Shown: positions 19,596 through 29,623 of the stretch, piece by piece
How positions within the stretch are numbered: the stretch's first letter is position 1
Layout: each line of letters opens with the position of its first letter
Source of the DNA: an uncultured Candidatus Saccharibacteria bacterium
Lineage (GTDB): Bacteria; Patescibacteriota; Minisyncoccia; UBA6257
Direction of reading: 5' to 3'
Assembly (NCBI GenBank): GCA_964479005.1
Contig: CAYZJA010000002.1
Coordinates: forward strand, 161,278-225,277
DNA: 64,000 nucleotides
Program-made: the position numbers and the translations under genes
The notes under the pieces: model-generated
The model's database searches: none
What the model saw: only the letters and a program-made list of their open reading frames with translations
Told to the model about the DNA's origin: nothing

Positions 19596-20744
19596 ATGAA
19601 AATAGGAATATTAACATTTAATTGGGCACTTAATTATGGAGCTGTATTACAAATGTATACATTATATAAGTATTTGAGTAAAAACAATGAGGTTTTTGTT
19701 ATAAATTATGTTCCAGATTACTTAGCTAATCTATATAGTACAAAGATTTTTGATAAACCCTTGAGAATTAAATCAGTAATGGAAAAAATGCTGCAAAAAC
19801 TAATAAAACATAAACAATATAAAAAATTCAAGGAATTTATTGATAAAGATATTACTTTAACAGAAAAGGCTAAAAATAGTGCTGAGTTATTAAAAATAAT
19901 AAACAAACTTGATTTAGTTGCAGTAGGAAGTGACCAAGTTTGGAATTATGATATAACAAAAGACCATTTAAAGGATTATCTTTTAAGTAATATAAATTGT
20001 AACAAGATAAGTTATGCTGCTAGTCTTGGTAAAAATGAAATTAAAAGTGAAGTTGTAGGTTTATTTAAAAAATCTCTAAAAAATTTTGATTTTGTTTCTT
20101 TAAGGGAAGAAGCATCAATAAGTTATCTTAATAAAATTTGTAAAAGAAAAAATTACAAATTGTGTATTGATCCTGTTTTCTTGTTTAAAAAGGAGGAATG
20201 GGAAATCATTGCCGAAAAAAGTTATTGTAAATTGCCGAATAAAGAATATATACTTGTATATATGTTAGAATATAATGCTAATTTAATCAAAGTGGCTAAA
20301 TATTTATCTAAAATATATAATATATCTGTGGTTAGTATAGAAATTCCTTTTTTAACACTTGAAAGAATAACAAAAATGAAAAAAATTAAAAAACTACATG
20401 ATGTAGGGCCAATAGACTTTGTTAAATTATTTTCAAATGCAAAATATATTTTAACAAATTCTTTTCATGGGACAGCTTTTTCATTAATTTTTAATAAGCA
20501 GTTTATTTCGTTTGCTCATTCAACTGTAAATTTAAGGATGGAAAATCTTTTGAAGCTGTATGGTTTAGAAAATAATCAAATAGCTAATTCGTTTAAGGAT
20601 ATTGAAGTTGTTAAAAAAATTTTAGAAAAGAGTAAACAAGCATATAATAACCAAAATAAAGAAATAGATAATGTTATTGAAGTTTCAAAAAAATATTTAG
20701 ATGATGTTGTAAAAGAAATTACAAATAAGAAGGGAAAATTATGA
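19596..20744 (+). CDS. Polysaccharide pyruvyl transferase family protein (CsaB/WcaK-like)
   Basis: N-terminus MKIGILTFNWALNYGAVLQMYTLYKYL is typical of the family (…HxxNYGAxLQxYAL…). 382 aa. Confidence 0.55.
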   Translation: MKIGILTFNWALNYGAVLQMYTLYKYLSKNNEVFVINYVPDYLANLYSTKIFDKPLRIKSVMEKMLQKLIKHKQYKKFKEFIDKDITLTEKAKNSAELLKIINKLDLVAVGSDQVWNYDITKDHLKDYLLSNINCNKISYAASLGKNEIKSEVVGLFKKSLKNFDFVSLREEASISYLNKICKRKNYKLCIDPVFLFKKEEWEIIAEKSYCKLPNKEYILVYMLEYNANLIKVAKYLSKIYNISVVSIEIPFLTLERITKMKKIKKLHDVGPIDFVKLFSNAKYILTNSFHGTAFSLIFNKQFISFAHSTVNLRMENLLKLYGLENNQIANSFKDIEVVKKILEKSKQAYNNQNKEIDNVIEVSKKYLDDVVKEITNKKGKL

Positions 20745-20828
20745 AAAATAATGTTTTTAAAAAAATTAAGCTAAGTTATTTTATATATTACAATTATTTT
20801 TGTCGTAATACTACATGGGGGAAGAATT

Positions 20829-21092
20829 ATGTTATACTGTTATAATAATACAATTTGCGATATAAGTTCTACTGCTAAAATTATATTAAATGGAAATTTA
20901 ATTCTCAATTCCTATAAGCTAAAAAAATCAAAGGCTGAAATGTTACTTAGAATGAAAGAAAATACAAAATTAGTTGTAAATGGAAATTTTTCTTTTTACT
21001 ACAATTGTGATATTAATATTTTTGACGGTGGAAGATTAACAATAGGTTCAGGATATGCTAATTGTGGTACACATTGCCTCTTACCCCATTGA
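20829..21092 (+). pseudogene. Short hexapeptide-repeat (left-handed beta-helix acyltransferase-like) fragment, possibly frameshift-disrupted
   Basis: 87-aa ORF with an isoleucine/glycine hexad pattern (NGNLILNS…VVNGNFSF…GGRLTIGSG). An out-of-frame continuation (PIEEKGLAENKHWNLMK) follows the stop. Confidence 0.3.
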
Positions 21093-21261
21093 GGAAAAAG
21101 GTCTTGCAGAAAACAAGCATTGGAATTTGATGAAGTAGAATACACTCTCAGCTAGCTGGTTAAACCAGACGGAGTAATTGAATATGTGAAAAATACGTTA
21201 TAGTACTCTTTGTTAATTTGGTAAATGAAATAAAATATAATTATGTAATGGTGGTGATATT

Positions 21262-22326
21262 ATGAAAATAATACTTTTAGGTGGTACAGGTGCTATAGGA
21301 AGTCATTTGACAAACCTTTTATCTGATAGAAAAGATAAGGTTGTAGTAACTTCTCGAAGCCGTAATGAATCGAAAGAATTAGTTGAATATCGACAAGGAA
21401 ATGCTAAAAACATAGATTTTTTGAGTGATGTTTTACGGGAACAATGGGATGCAATCGTTGATTTTATGGTCTATTCTGAAGATGAATTTCGTGAACGGGT
21501 AGATTTATTGCTGAGTTCTACATCTCAATATGTTTTCTTAAGTTCAGCTAGAGTTTATAATGAAAGTCAAGAGGCTATAACAGAGGAATCTGCAAGACTA
21601 TTAGATTCTTCTTCTGATTATGATTTTTTAGCTACAAGCGAATATTCTCTTTCAAAAGCTCGACAAGAAAATATGTTACGTTCATCAAATAAGAAAAACT
21701 GGACTATTGTACGTCCGTATATTACGTACAGCGAAAAGCGTTTGCAACTTGGAACTCTAGAAAAAGAAAATTGGCTTTATAGAGCATTACAAGGAAGATC
21801 CATAGTATTTTCTGAAGATATTAGGAACCACTTAACTACTCTAACCTATGGTTTAGATGTGGCAACTGGAATTGCAAGTCTTATCAATAATCCAAAATCT
21901 TTTGGGGAAACATATCATATTACAAACGAATGTGCATGCAAATGGAGCGATATTTTAAACATATATTTAGATGTATTAGAGAATAAATTAGGAAATCGAC
22001 CTAAAGTAATCTACCAAAATTTACCTGATTTTCTAGTGTGGAATCCAGGAAAATACCCAATTATTTATGATCGGCTTTTTGATAGAAAATTTGATAATAC
22101 AAAAATCAATAAATTAATAAACGCAAAAGAATTTGTACAAGTTCAGAATGGATTGAGAAAGAGTTTAAATACGTTTTTAATAAGCCCAGAATTTAGTAGT
22201 ATAAGCTGGAAAAATGAAGCGATAAAAGACAGATACGCTAAAGAAAGAACTCCATTAAAAGAAATCAGTGGCTTTAAGCAAAAAGTTAAATATTTGGCTT
22301 TTAGATATTTCATTAAAATTAAATAG
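21262..22326 (+). CDS. NAD(P)-dependent epimerase/dehydratase (SDR/NmrA-like) family protein
   Basis: N-terminal Rossmann GxxGxxG (MKIILLGGTGAIGSHL). 354 aa. Glycan-cluster context. Confidence 0.55.
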   Translation: MKIILLGGTGAIGSHLTNLLSDRKDKVVVTSRSRNESKELVEYRQGNAKNIDFLSDVLREQWDAIVDFMVYSEDEFRERVDLLLSSTSQYVFLSSARVYNESQEAITEESARLLDSSSDYDFLATSEYSLSKARQENMLRSSNKKNWTIVRPYITYSEKRLQLGTLEKENWLYRALQGRSIVFSEDIRNHLTTLTYGLDVATGIASLINNPKSFGETYHITNECACKWSDILNIYLDVLENKLGNRPKVIYQNLPDFLVWNPGKYPIIYDRLFDRKFDNTKINKLINAKEFVQVQNGLRKSLNTFLISPEFSSISWKNEAIKDRYAKERTPLKEISGFKQKVKYLAFRYFIKIK

Positions 22327-22356
22327 TACAAAATATAAATTTAGAGAGGTAATAAA

Positions 22357-24099
22357 ATGAAAACATATTATACAGACGAAAAAAATATACAGATTTTGAT
22401 TGCATTACTTAAAGGACATGGAATTAGAAAAGTAGTCGCATCTCCTGGAACAGCAAATATGACTTTTGTTAGAAGCCTGCAAAATGATTCTTTTTTTGAA
22501 ATATACTCATCTATTGACGAGCATTCAGCAGCTTATATGGCTTGCGGATTGGCAGCTGAATCAGGAGAACCTGTAGTTTTAAGTTGTACTGGTGCAACTG
22601 CATCAAGAAACTATATGCCGGGATTGACAGAAGCTTACTATCGTAAATTACCAATACTTTCTGTTACAGCTACTCAAGAAATTGCAAAAGTTGGTCATCA
22701 CATTCCTCAGGTTTTAGATCGTAGCTCTATGCCTAATGATGTTGTAAAACACAGTGTTCAACTGCCATTAGTTAAAGATGATACTGATTGGTGGAGTTGT
22801 GAGGTTAAGGTAAATAATGCCCTATTAGAATTAAGTCGGCATGGAGGCGGACCTGTGCACATTAATTTAAGTATGGATTGTAGATTTTCGTTCAAAACTG
22901 TAGAATTACCAAAAGTTCGTGTAATTAAGCGCATTAAAACACAATCAAGTGAGTATCCTTCTATGCCTGAAGGTAAAGTTGCGGTATTTGTTGGATCGCA
23001 TGCAGAAATGACTAAAGATCAAATAAGTGCACTTGAACATTTTTGTGAATCCAATAATGCAGTAGTGTTCTGTGACCACACAAGTGGATACAAAGGGAAA
23101 TATTGTGTTGTTCATTCGCTTAGTTCTTCTCAAAGACTATCGGACTTTGATGGATTACGCCCTGATTTGTTAATTCATATTGGAGAAATTACCGGAGACT
23201 ATTCTGTTAGTAGTATAGTTGGAAAACAGATTTGGAGAGTTAGCGAAGATGGCGAGTTACGAGATACTTATCGTAAACTTCAGTATGTTTTTGAAATGCC
23301 CGAACAAGTTTTTTTTAAACATTATACTAAAAACGATATAAATAGTGGACTTTATTTACAAGTATGTCGTGATTATCTTGAACAATTGCTCAATAAAATA
23401 CCAGAACTTCCATTCTCTAATCTTTGGATAGCAAAAAAAATACATAAGCTAATTCCAGAAAATTCTACTATTCATTTCGCAATTTTAAATAGTCTTCGTT
23501 CATGGAATTTTTTTGAATTACCAAAAACAGTTGAATCTAATTCCAATGTTGGAGGATTCGGAATCGATGGTTGTCTTTCTTCTTTAGTAGGAGCTTCGTT
23601 GGCAAAAAAAGATAGATTATATTTCGGTATCATCGGTGACTTAGCATTCTTTTATGATATAAATTCTATAGGTAATCGTCATGTAGGAAATAATTTACGA
23701 ATTCTTCTAGTCAATAACGGAAAAGGCACAGAATTTAGAAATTTCAATCAGCCAGCGGCACAATTTGGAGAATCAGCAGATGAATTTATAGCAGCCGGAG
23801 GCCATTTTGGAAACAAGTCACAAACCCTAGTAAAAAATTATAGCGAGAGTCTTGGTTTTGAATATTTATCTGCATCAAATAAAGCAGAGTTTGAGCAAGT
23901 CTATGAAAGATTTCTAACTGACCAGATGCTCGATAAACCTATATTATTAGAGGTATTTACAAATAGTGTAGATGAAAGTAAGGCTTTGGAAATGATAACA
24001 TCAATTAGTACAACAGTTAAAATGAAAACGAAAGATGTTATAAGAAATGTTGTAGGTAAGAATAATATTAGAAAAATCAAAAAATTTATTAAAGGTTAA
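22357..24099 (+). CDS. Thiamine-pyrophosphate-dependent enzyme of the acetolactate-synthase/2-ketoacid decarboxylase superfamily (candidate sugar-branching or acyloin-forming enzyme)
   Basis: 580 aa. N-terminal Pyr domain (…SPGTANMTF…EHSAAYMACGLA…) and C-terminal TPP-binding motif IIGDLAFFYDINSIG…NLRILLVNNGKG (GDG…NN). Confidence 0.65.
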   Translation: MKTYYTDEKNIQILIALLKGHGIRKVVASPGTANMTFVRSLQNDSFFEIYSSIDEHSAAYMACGLAAESGEPVVLSCTGATASRNYMPGLTEAYYRKLPILSVTATQEIAKVGHHIPQVLDRSSMPNDVVKHSVQLPLVKDDTDWWSCEVKVNNALLELSRHGGGPVHINLSMDCRFSFKTVELPKVRVIKRIKTQSSEYPSMPEGKVAVFVGSHAEMTKDQISALEHFCESNNAVVFCDHTSGYKGKYCVVHSLSSSQRLSDFDGLRPDLLIHIGEITGDYSVSSIVGKQIWRVSEDGELRDTYRKLQYVFEMPEQVFFKHYTKNDINSGLYLQVCRDYLEQLLNKIPELPFSNLWIAKKIHKLIPENSTIHFAILNSLRSWNFFELPKTVESNSNVGGFGIDGCLSSLVGASLAKKDRLYFGIIGDLAFFYDINSIGNRHVGNNLRILLVNNGKGTEFRNFNQPAAQFGESADEFIAAGGHFGNKSQTLVKNYSESLGFEYLSASNKAEFEQVYERFLTDQMLDKPILLEVFTNSVDESKALEMITSISTTVKMKTKDVIRNVVGKNNIRKIKKFIKG

Positions 24100-24113
24100 T
24101 ATAAAATTAAAAT

Positions 24114-24431
24114 ATGAAAATACTTACCAAAATTAAATCTATAGGAAAGCACTTGCCTAAACCAATTAAGCATATTATTAGACCTTTCTACATTAAAGTA
24201 AAAGGGAAAGAAAGAATAATAGTATACAAAGAATTACTACAAGATACAGCTGAATTTCACAATAGAATTGATGATTCTAGAATTAATTATCAAGAGCTCG
24301 ATAAAATTGATAGAATACTTAAACAATTAAATCCTTTAGATGTGAGAAATTATATGTATTTAATAGTTTCTCTTTTTGGTTCGAAATGTTATTATAGATT
24401 AAGTAAGTTGAAACATAGTCTAAATAATTAA
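24114..24431 (+). CDS. Hypothetical basic 105-aa protein
   Basis: ORF only; no recognisable motif. Confidence 0.3.
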   Translation: MKILTKIKSIGKHLPKPIKHIIRPFYIKVKGKERIIVYKELLQDTAEFHNRIDDSRINYQELDKIDRILKQLNPLDVRNYMYLIVSLFGSKCYYRLSKLKHSLNN

Positions 24432-24526
24432 TTCACTTTATCCCTATGTTTTAAATAAGGTGAGAGAAGCTTTTTGTAATTATTGTATTCTTATTGTTTC
24501 TCTTAAACTAATGTTGATAAAAAACT

Positions 24527-24730
24527 ATGAATCCACAGCAATTGTACCATAAACAGTATGCCGAGCATGCCTTAATAATTAATCATGAATCTTTTTTCAA
24601 GAAAACCTTTCATAAGTTTAATGTCCATAGAAGAAATGTAGCAATTTCTTTACTAGAGAGAGGAAATAATTTACTTGATATTGGTTGTGGAGAAGGGTCA
24701 CTTTTATTAAAGGCAAGAAATAAATATTAA
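24527..24730 (+). pseudogene. 5' fragment of a class I SAM-dependent methyltransferase, cut off at the mltG-duplication junction
   Basis: 67-aa ORF ending …LLDIGCGEGSLLLKARNKY* (motif I only), abutting the duplicated mltG 3' segment. Confidence 0.5.
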
Positions 24731-25532
24731 AGCGGGGGATTATCGATTTATTTCGCCGCTAACAATTGCCAAAATAACCGAGGCTATTACTAATGGAAAA
24801 TTAAGCAATAATCATAGTTTTCTCATAACAGAAGGGGAAACAATGCTGGAGATAGAGGAAAATTTAAAAGAGAAAGGTTTAATTGACAAATCTGCCTCAT
24901 TAAAAGAATGGAAAATAGGAGATTTTCTTGAGAAAAAACATTTTGATATTTTTTCTCAAATTCCTTCAGATGCTTCATTAGAGGGCTTTTTATTTCCTGA
25001 TTCTTATCATTTACCCCAAGGATTGGAAGAAAAAGAAATTCTTTCAATACTTATTGATAATTTTGTCGCAAAAGCCCGTGGTGAGTTTAGTCAAACCACT
25101 AAAAATGATTTATTTTTTGATATTAAGGAGCAAAAAAGAAGTTTTTATGAAATTTTAATAATAGCTTCTTTGTTGGAAAAAGAAGTTCGTGTAGAGACAG
25201 ATAAAAGAATGGTGGCAGATATTCTTTGGAGGAGATTGGATACAAATTTTCCTCTTCAGGTAGATGCAACAATATGCTATGCAAAATATGAATCATTTAA
25301 AAATTGTTCTCTTACCCGTGAATTATTTAAATTAGATTCTCCGTACAATACTTATATTTATAAAGGATTGCCTCCTACGCCTATTAATAATCCCGGAATA
25401 GAATCAATACAAGCGGCTTTAAATCCATTGGCAAATGATCATTGGTATTATATGACTGACAGAAAAACAGGAAGAACAGTCTTTTCTGAAACATTTGACG
25501 AGCATTTAGAATTTCGCGGAAAATATCTATAA
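24729..25532 (+). pseudogene. 5'-truncated second copy of the mltG 3' portion (about residue 80 to the C-terminus) with no N-terminal TM or start context
   Basis: In-frame translation from 24729 (KAGDYRFISPLTIAKITEAITNGKLSNNHSFLITEGETMLEIEE…SPYNTYIYKGLPPTPINNPG…) is collinear with MltG 17968-18741, with near-identical stretches at the nucleotide level. Confidence 0.7.
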
Positions 25533-25553
25533 AAACCAAAAACAGAGAATATT

Positions 25554-26639
25554 ATGAAAATTTTTATAATTTTAGGTACTCGTCCAGAGATTATTAAAAT
25601 GTCTCCTGTTATAAGGGAATGTATTAAAAAAAGGCTGAATTTTTCGATTTTGCATACAAATCAGCATTACTCGGAAAATTTGGATAAGGTATTTTTTAAA
25701 GAATTAAATTTACCTCGACCAAAATATAATCTGAATGTTGGTTCTGGAACTCATGCTGAGCAAACAGCGAAAATTCTTGTTGGAGTGGAAAAGATTTTAC
25801 TAAAAGAAAGGCCAGATATTGTTTTAGTTGAGGGCGATACTAATACAGTATTAGCAGGCGCTTTAGCAGCTGCTAAACTTCATATTAAAGTAGGGCATAT
25901 TGAAGCGGGATTGAGGTCTTATTATAGGGAAATGCCAGAAGAAATTAATAGAATTTTAGTTGATCATTGTTCTGATTTGCTTTTTACTCCAACAAAAGAA
26001 ACGAAAGACATACTCTTAAATGAAGGGATTCCTCGTAATAAAATATTTGTTACAGGCAATACTATAATTGACGCTGTTTTTCAGAATCTTAAATTAGCTG
26101 AGAAAAAATCAAAAATATTGGAAAAACTTAATTTATCAAAAAGAGGATATTTTTTAATGACTGCCCATCGCGCAGAGAATGTTGATAATGAAAGTAGGCT
26201 AAGAGGTATTTTAAAAGGTGTTGAGATGACTTCTGAAAAATTTTCTTTGCCTGTAATTTATCCCATTCATCCGAGAACAAGAAAGATGATGAAAAAATTT
26301 AAACTTAAGGTTTCAAATAAGGTTAGATTACTCGAACCAATAGGCTATTTGGATTTTTTAAAACTTGAAAATAGTGCTAAACTAATACTTACTGATTCAG
26401 GGGGAATACAAGAAGAAGCTTGCGCAATGCGAGTTCCTTGCGTAACTTTGAGAGATAATACTGAAAGGCCAGAAACAATAGATGTAGGTAGTAATCTGTT
26501 GTCAGGTGCTAATCCTTTAAGAATCTTAAAATCTGTTTCAAAAATGATGAATAAAAACAGAAAATGGAAAAATCCATTTGGTTCTGGCAAAACAGCGGAA
26601 AAAATAATCAAAATTATCCAGAAAAATGAAAAAGCATAA
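25554..26639 (+). CDS. wecB: UDP-N-acetylglucosamine 2-epimerase (non-hydrolysing)
   Basis: MKIFIILGTRPEIIKMSPV…HTNQHYS…GDTNTVLAGALAA…HIEAGLRS…. Confidence 0.9.
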   Translation: MKIFIILGTRPEIIKMSPVIRECIKKRLNFSILHTNQHYSENLDKVFFKELNLPRPKYNLNVGSGTHAEQTAKILVGVEKILLKERPDIVLVEGDTNTVLAGALAAAKLHIKVGHIEAGLRSYYREMPEEINRILVDHCSDLLFTPTKETKDILLNEGIPRNKIFVTGNTIIDAVFQNLKLAEKKSKILEKLNLSKRGYFLMTAHRAENVDNESRLRGILKGVEMTSEKFSLPVIYPIHPRTRKMMKKFKLKVSNKVRLLEPIGYLDFLKLENSAKLILTDSGGIQEEACAMRVPCVTLRDNTERPETIDVGSNLLSGANPLRILKSVSKMMNKNRKWKNPFGSGKTAEKIIKIIQKNEKA

Positions 26640-26790
26640 GGCAATATGTGTAATAGGCCTTGGTTATATTGGTTTGCCAACTGGCTGTTGTTTAGCTAAA
26701 GCTGGTTATGAAGTAATCGGCTTTTATTTAAATGAAGAGAAAATTAAGACTCTAAAATCGAAATTAAAAATTAACCAAGATGGATCTTAA
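26626..26790 (+). pseudogene. N-terminal remnant (54 codons) of a UDP-ManNAc/UDP-sugar dehydrogenase (wecC-like), truncated where the flippase gene begins
   Basis: MKKHKAICVIGLGYIGLPTGCCLAKAGYEVIGFYLNEEKIKTLKSKLKINQDGS*, the dinucleotide-binding N-terminus of WecC/Ugd. Overlaps the wecB stop and the wzx start. Confidence 0.65.
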
Positions 26791-28261
26791 AGATACAATC
26801 AAAAATATTGTTTTAAACCCAAGCGCTTTTTTTCTTAAAAACTCAGGAACTAAGCAGACTATTGCTAAAAACACTTTTTGGTTGGCAATAGCGGAAGGTA
26901 TATCCAAGTTTTTAAAATTAATTTTAATTATTTATATTGCCCGAATTTTAGGGGCTACTGAATACGGAAAATTCACTTTTGCTTTAGCTTTTGTTTCTTT
27001 ATTTGCCATTTTTTCTGATTTTGGTGTTTCTTCAATCACTACTCGCGAACTTGCCCGGGAAAAAGAGAAAGAAAAAGAATTTCCCAATATTCTTTCTTTA
27101 AAACTCGTTTTGGGTATAGGAGCTTTATTTTTAATTTGTCTTGGTTCTTTTTTTATTACCACTGACCCCTTGATTCGCGCGATAATCTGGATTTTAGGAA
27201 TTTATATTATAGTAAGCAGTTTCTCGGGGATTATTTATGCTTTTCTAAGGGCTTGTCAGCAAATGGAATACGAGGCCTGGACTAAAATTCTACAAGCGAT
27301 GGTTGTAACCGGGGCTGGTTTTTTTGTTCTTTTTAATTTTCCCTCGGTTCAAAGTTTAAGTTTAGCTTATTTGTTTGCCGTCTCAATTGCTTTGATTGCT
27401 ATATTGACTTTTTTTCACTTCAAGATTTATCAACTGAAATTAAGTTTTAATAAAAATATATGGCGAAATGTTTTATTAATGTCTTGGCCTCTGGCTTTAG
27501 CAGGGATATTCGGAACGATTTATAGCCAAACTGATTCGATAATGATGGGTTATTTTGGCCAAATTACCCAAGTTGGTTGGTATAATGCCGCTTATAAAAT
27601 TATCGGAGCAACTTTGATTCCAGTAGGTCTTATCTCCATAAGTTTTTTTCCACTATTTAGTAAATTATTCAAAGAATCAAAAGAAAAACTTCAGAAATCT
27701 TGGGATTATTATATGCAGTTGATGATTTTTTTATCCGTGCCTTTAATAGTAGGAGGTATAGTTTTAGCCCCAAAAATTATTGATTTTGTTTACAATTCAA
27801 GTTATTTTCCATCAATTTTAGCCTTTCAAATTTTACTAATAATGGCAGCACTTTCTTATATTTGCAATCCTTTTGGCCAGGCATTAATTGTTTCAAATCA
27901 GCAAAAAAGACTTTTTTGGATAACTTTATCAGGAGCAATCGTCAATGTTGGGCTAAACTTAATTCTAATTCCAAAATACAGCCTTTATGGAGCAGCTTTC
28001 ACCACAGTTGTTACTTTGTTTTTAATTCTCTTTTTGCTTTACAAATTCACGTCAAAATTTACTCCAATCAAACCATTTAATTTAAAATTTCTTTTTAGTT
28101 TTCTTGGCGCTACTTTTTCTAGTATTCTAATGTATCTTGTAATTTCTCAACCGAATGTTTATAATTTAAATATCTTTCTTTCCATCCTTATAGGAAGTTT
28201 AATCTACTTTTTGTGTTTTTTTCTTCTTAGAAAAATCACAAATTTGCTTAAATTTTTATAA
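26780..28261 (+). CDS. wzx: Wzx-type oligosaccharide flippase (MOP superfamily polysaccharide biosynthesis protein)
   Basis: 493 aa with about 12-14 TM helices. Typical Wzx N-terminal region (…KNTFWLAIAEGISK…ILGATEYGKF…). Confidence 0.75.
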   Translation: MDLKDTIKNIVLNPSAFFLKNSGTKQTIAKNTFWLAIAEGISKFLKLILIIYIARILGATEYGKFTFALAFVSLFAIFSDFGVSSITTRELAREKEKEKEFPNILSLKLVLGIGALFLICLGSFFITTDPLIRAIIWILGIYIIVSSFSGIIYAFLRACQQMEYEAWTKILQAMVVTGAGFFVLFNFPSVQSLSLAYLFAVSIALIAILTFFHFKIYQLKLSFNKNIWRNVLLMSWPLALAGIFGTIYSQTDSIMMGYFGQITQVGWYNAAYKIIGATLIPVGLISISFFPLFSKLFKESKEKLQKSWDYYMQLMIFLSVPLIVGGIVLAPKIIDFVYNSSYFPSILAFQILLIMAALSYICNPFGQALIVSNQQKRLFWITLSGAIVNVGLNLILIPKYSLYGAAFTTVVTLFLILFLLYKFTSKFTPIKPFNLKFLFSFLGATFSSILMYLVISQPNVYNLNIFLSILIGSLIYFLCFFLLRKITNLLKFL

Positions 28262-28326
28262 CATATGAAAAATTTTATATTCAATCAATTTATGGGATAC
28301 CATATAATTATTAATAAAAAAGTAAA

Positions 28327-29064
28327 ATGAAAGGCATAGTTTTAGCAGGTGGCACGGGTTCAAGGTTAAAACCTTTAACAAATGTTACAAACAAGCATCT
28401 TTTACCTGTTGGTAAGTACCCAATGATTTTTTATCCGATTTATCAATTGAAACAATCAGGTATTACGGAAATTCTTATTGTAACTAGTAGAGGACATATG
28501 GGAGACGTTATTGAACTTCTTGGAAGTGGGTATGAATTTGGTGTTCAGTTTACTTTTAAAGTTCAAGATCAAGCAGGAGGAATTGCTCAGGCGCTAGGTT
28601 TAGCAGAGCATTTTGTTGACGGGGATCGTTGCGTTGTTATTCTTGGAGATAATATTTTTGAAAATGATATTACTCCTTTTGTTGAATCATTTGAAAAACA
28701 AGAAAAAGGAGCAAAAATACTTCTAAAAGAAGTTTCAGATCCCCAGAGATTTGGTGTAGCTGAGCTTAGAGATAGAAAAATTATTTTGATTGAAGAAAAA
28801 CCAAAACGACCAAAAAGCAATTTTGCCGTTACTGGTATTTATATGTATGACTCTAAAGTATTTGATATTATTAAAACAATAAAACCTTCGGAAAGAGAGG
28901 AACTTGAAATAACGGATGTAAATAATAATTATATTCAACAAGGCACGTTAACTTATGATATTTTAAAAGGTTGGTGGACTGATGCAGGGACTTCCGAATC
29001 TTTATTTCGAGCAAATGAATTTTGTAAAGATATAATCTTGAATTTTAAAAATGGAAAAGTTTAA
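28327..29064 (+). CDS. rfbA: Glucose-1-phosphate thymidylyltransferase (short form)
   Basis: MKGIVLAGGTGSRLKPLT…KHLLPV…ILGDNIF…. Confidence 0.85.
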   Translation: MKGIVLAGGTGSRLKPLTNVTNKHLLPVGKYPMIFYPIYQLKQSGITEILIVTSRGHMGDVIELLGSGYEFGVQFTFKVQDQAGGIAQALGLAEHFVDGDRCVVILGDNIFENDITPFVESFEKQEKGAKILLKEVSDPQRFGVAELRDRKIILIEEKPKRPKSNFAVTGIYMYDSKVFDIIKTIKPSEREELEITDVNNNYIQQGTLTYDILKGWWTDAGTSESLFRANEFCKDIILNFKNGKV

Positions 29065-29623
29065 AGTAATTAAAACTCCAATTAAAGATCTTGTAATAAT
29101 AGAAACGAAAATATTCAAAGATGATAGGGGATTTTTTATAGAAAGTTATAATTCAAAAGATTTTACTGATATTGGAGTTAATGGTCACTTTGTGCAAGAT
29201 AATCATTCGATGTCAAAAAAAGGAGTTTTGAGAGGGTTACATTTTCAGTTTAAACATTCTCAAGGGAAGCTTGTTCGGGTAATTTCAGGAAAGGTATTTG
29301 ATGTTGCAGTTGATTTAAGGTTAAACTCGTCAACTTTTGGGAAATGGTATGGAGTGGAACTTTCTGGTAATAATGGACTTCAATTTTATATACCTTCTGA
29401 CTTTGCTCACGGTTTTCTTACCCTTCAAGAAAATACACATTTCTTTTATAAATGTACTGATTTTTACTGTCCTGATGATGAATTGGGAATTATATGGGAT
29501 GATAAAGATATAGGTATCCAGTGGCCTTTATCTCAAGTTGAGAAGATTATAATTTCCAAGAAAGACAGTCAGTTACCCCCTTTTAGTGAAGTGAGGAGGA
29601 TATTAGAAAAAGAAAATTCTTGA
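29051..29623 (+). CDS. rfbC: dTDP-4-dehydrorhamnose 3,5-epimerase
   Basis: Cupin fold with RGFFIESYN…RGLHFQ…QGKLVRV…HGF. Confidence 0.9.
   Translation: MEKFKVIKTPIKDLVIIETKIFKDDRGFFIESYNSKDFTDIGVNGHFVQDNHSMSKKGVLRGLHFQFKHSQGKLVRVISGKVFDVAVDLRLNSSTFGKWYGVELSGNNGLQFYIPSDFAHGFLTLQENTHFFYKCTDFYCPDDELGIIWDDKDIGIQWPLSQVEKIIISKKDSQLPPFSEVRRILEKENS

Noticed and set aside
26345-26680. 111-aa minus-strand ORF antisense to wecB, and similar antisense ORFs elsewhere (3840-4127, 5174-5362, 28587-28941, 39068-39400, 39700-39987)
   Set aside because: Each is fully embedded antisense in a well-supported conserved gene, consistent with AT-rich-genome noise.
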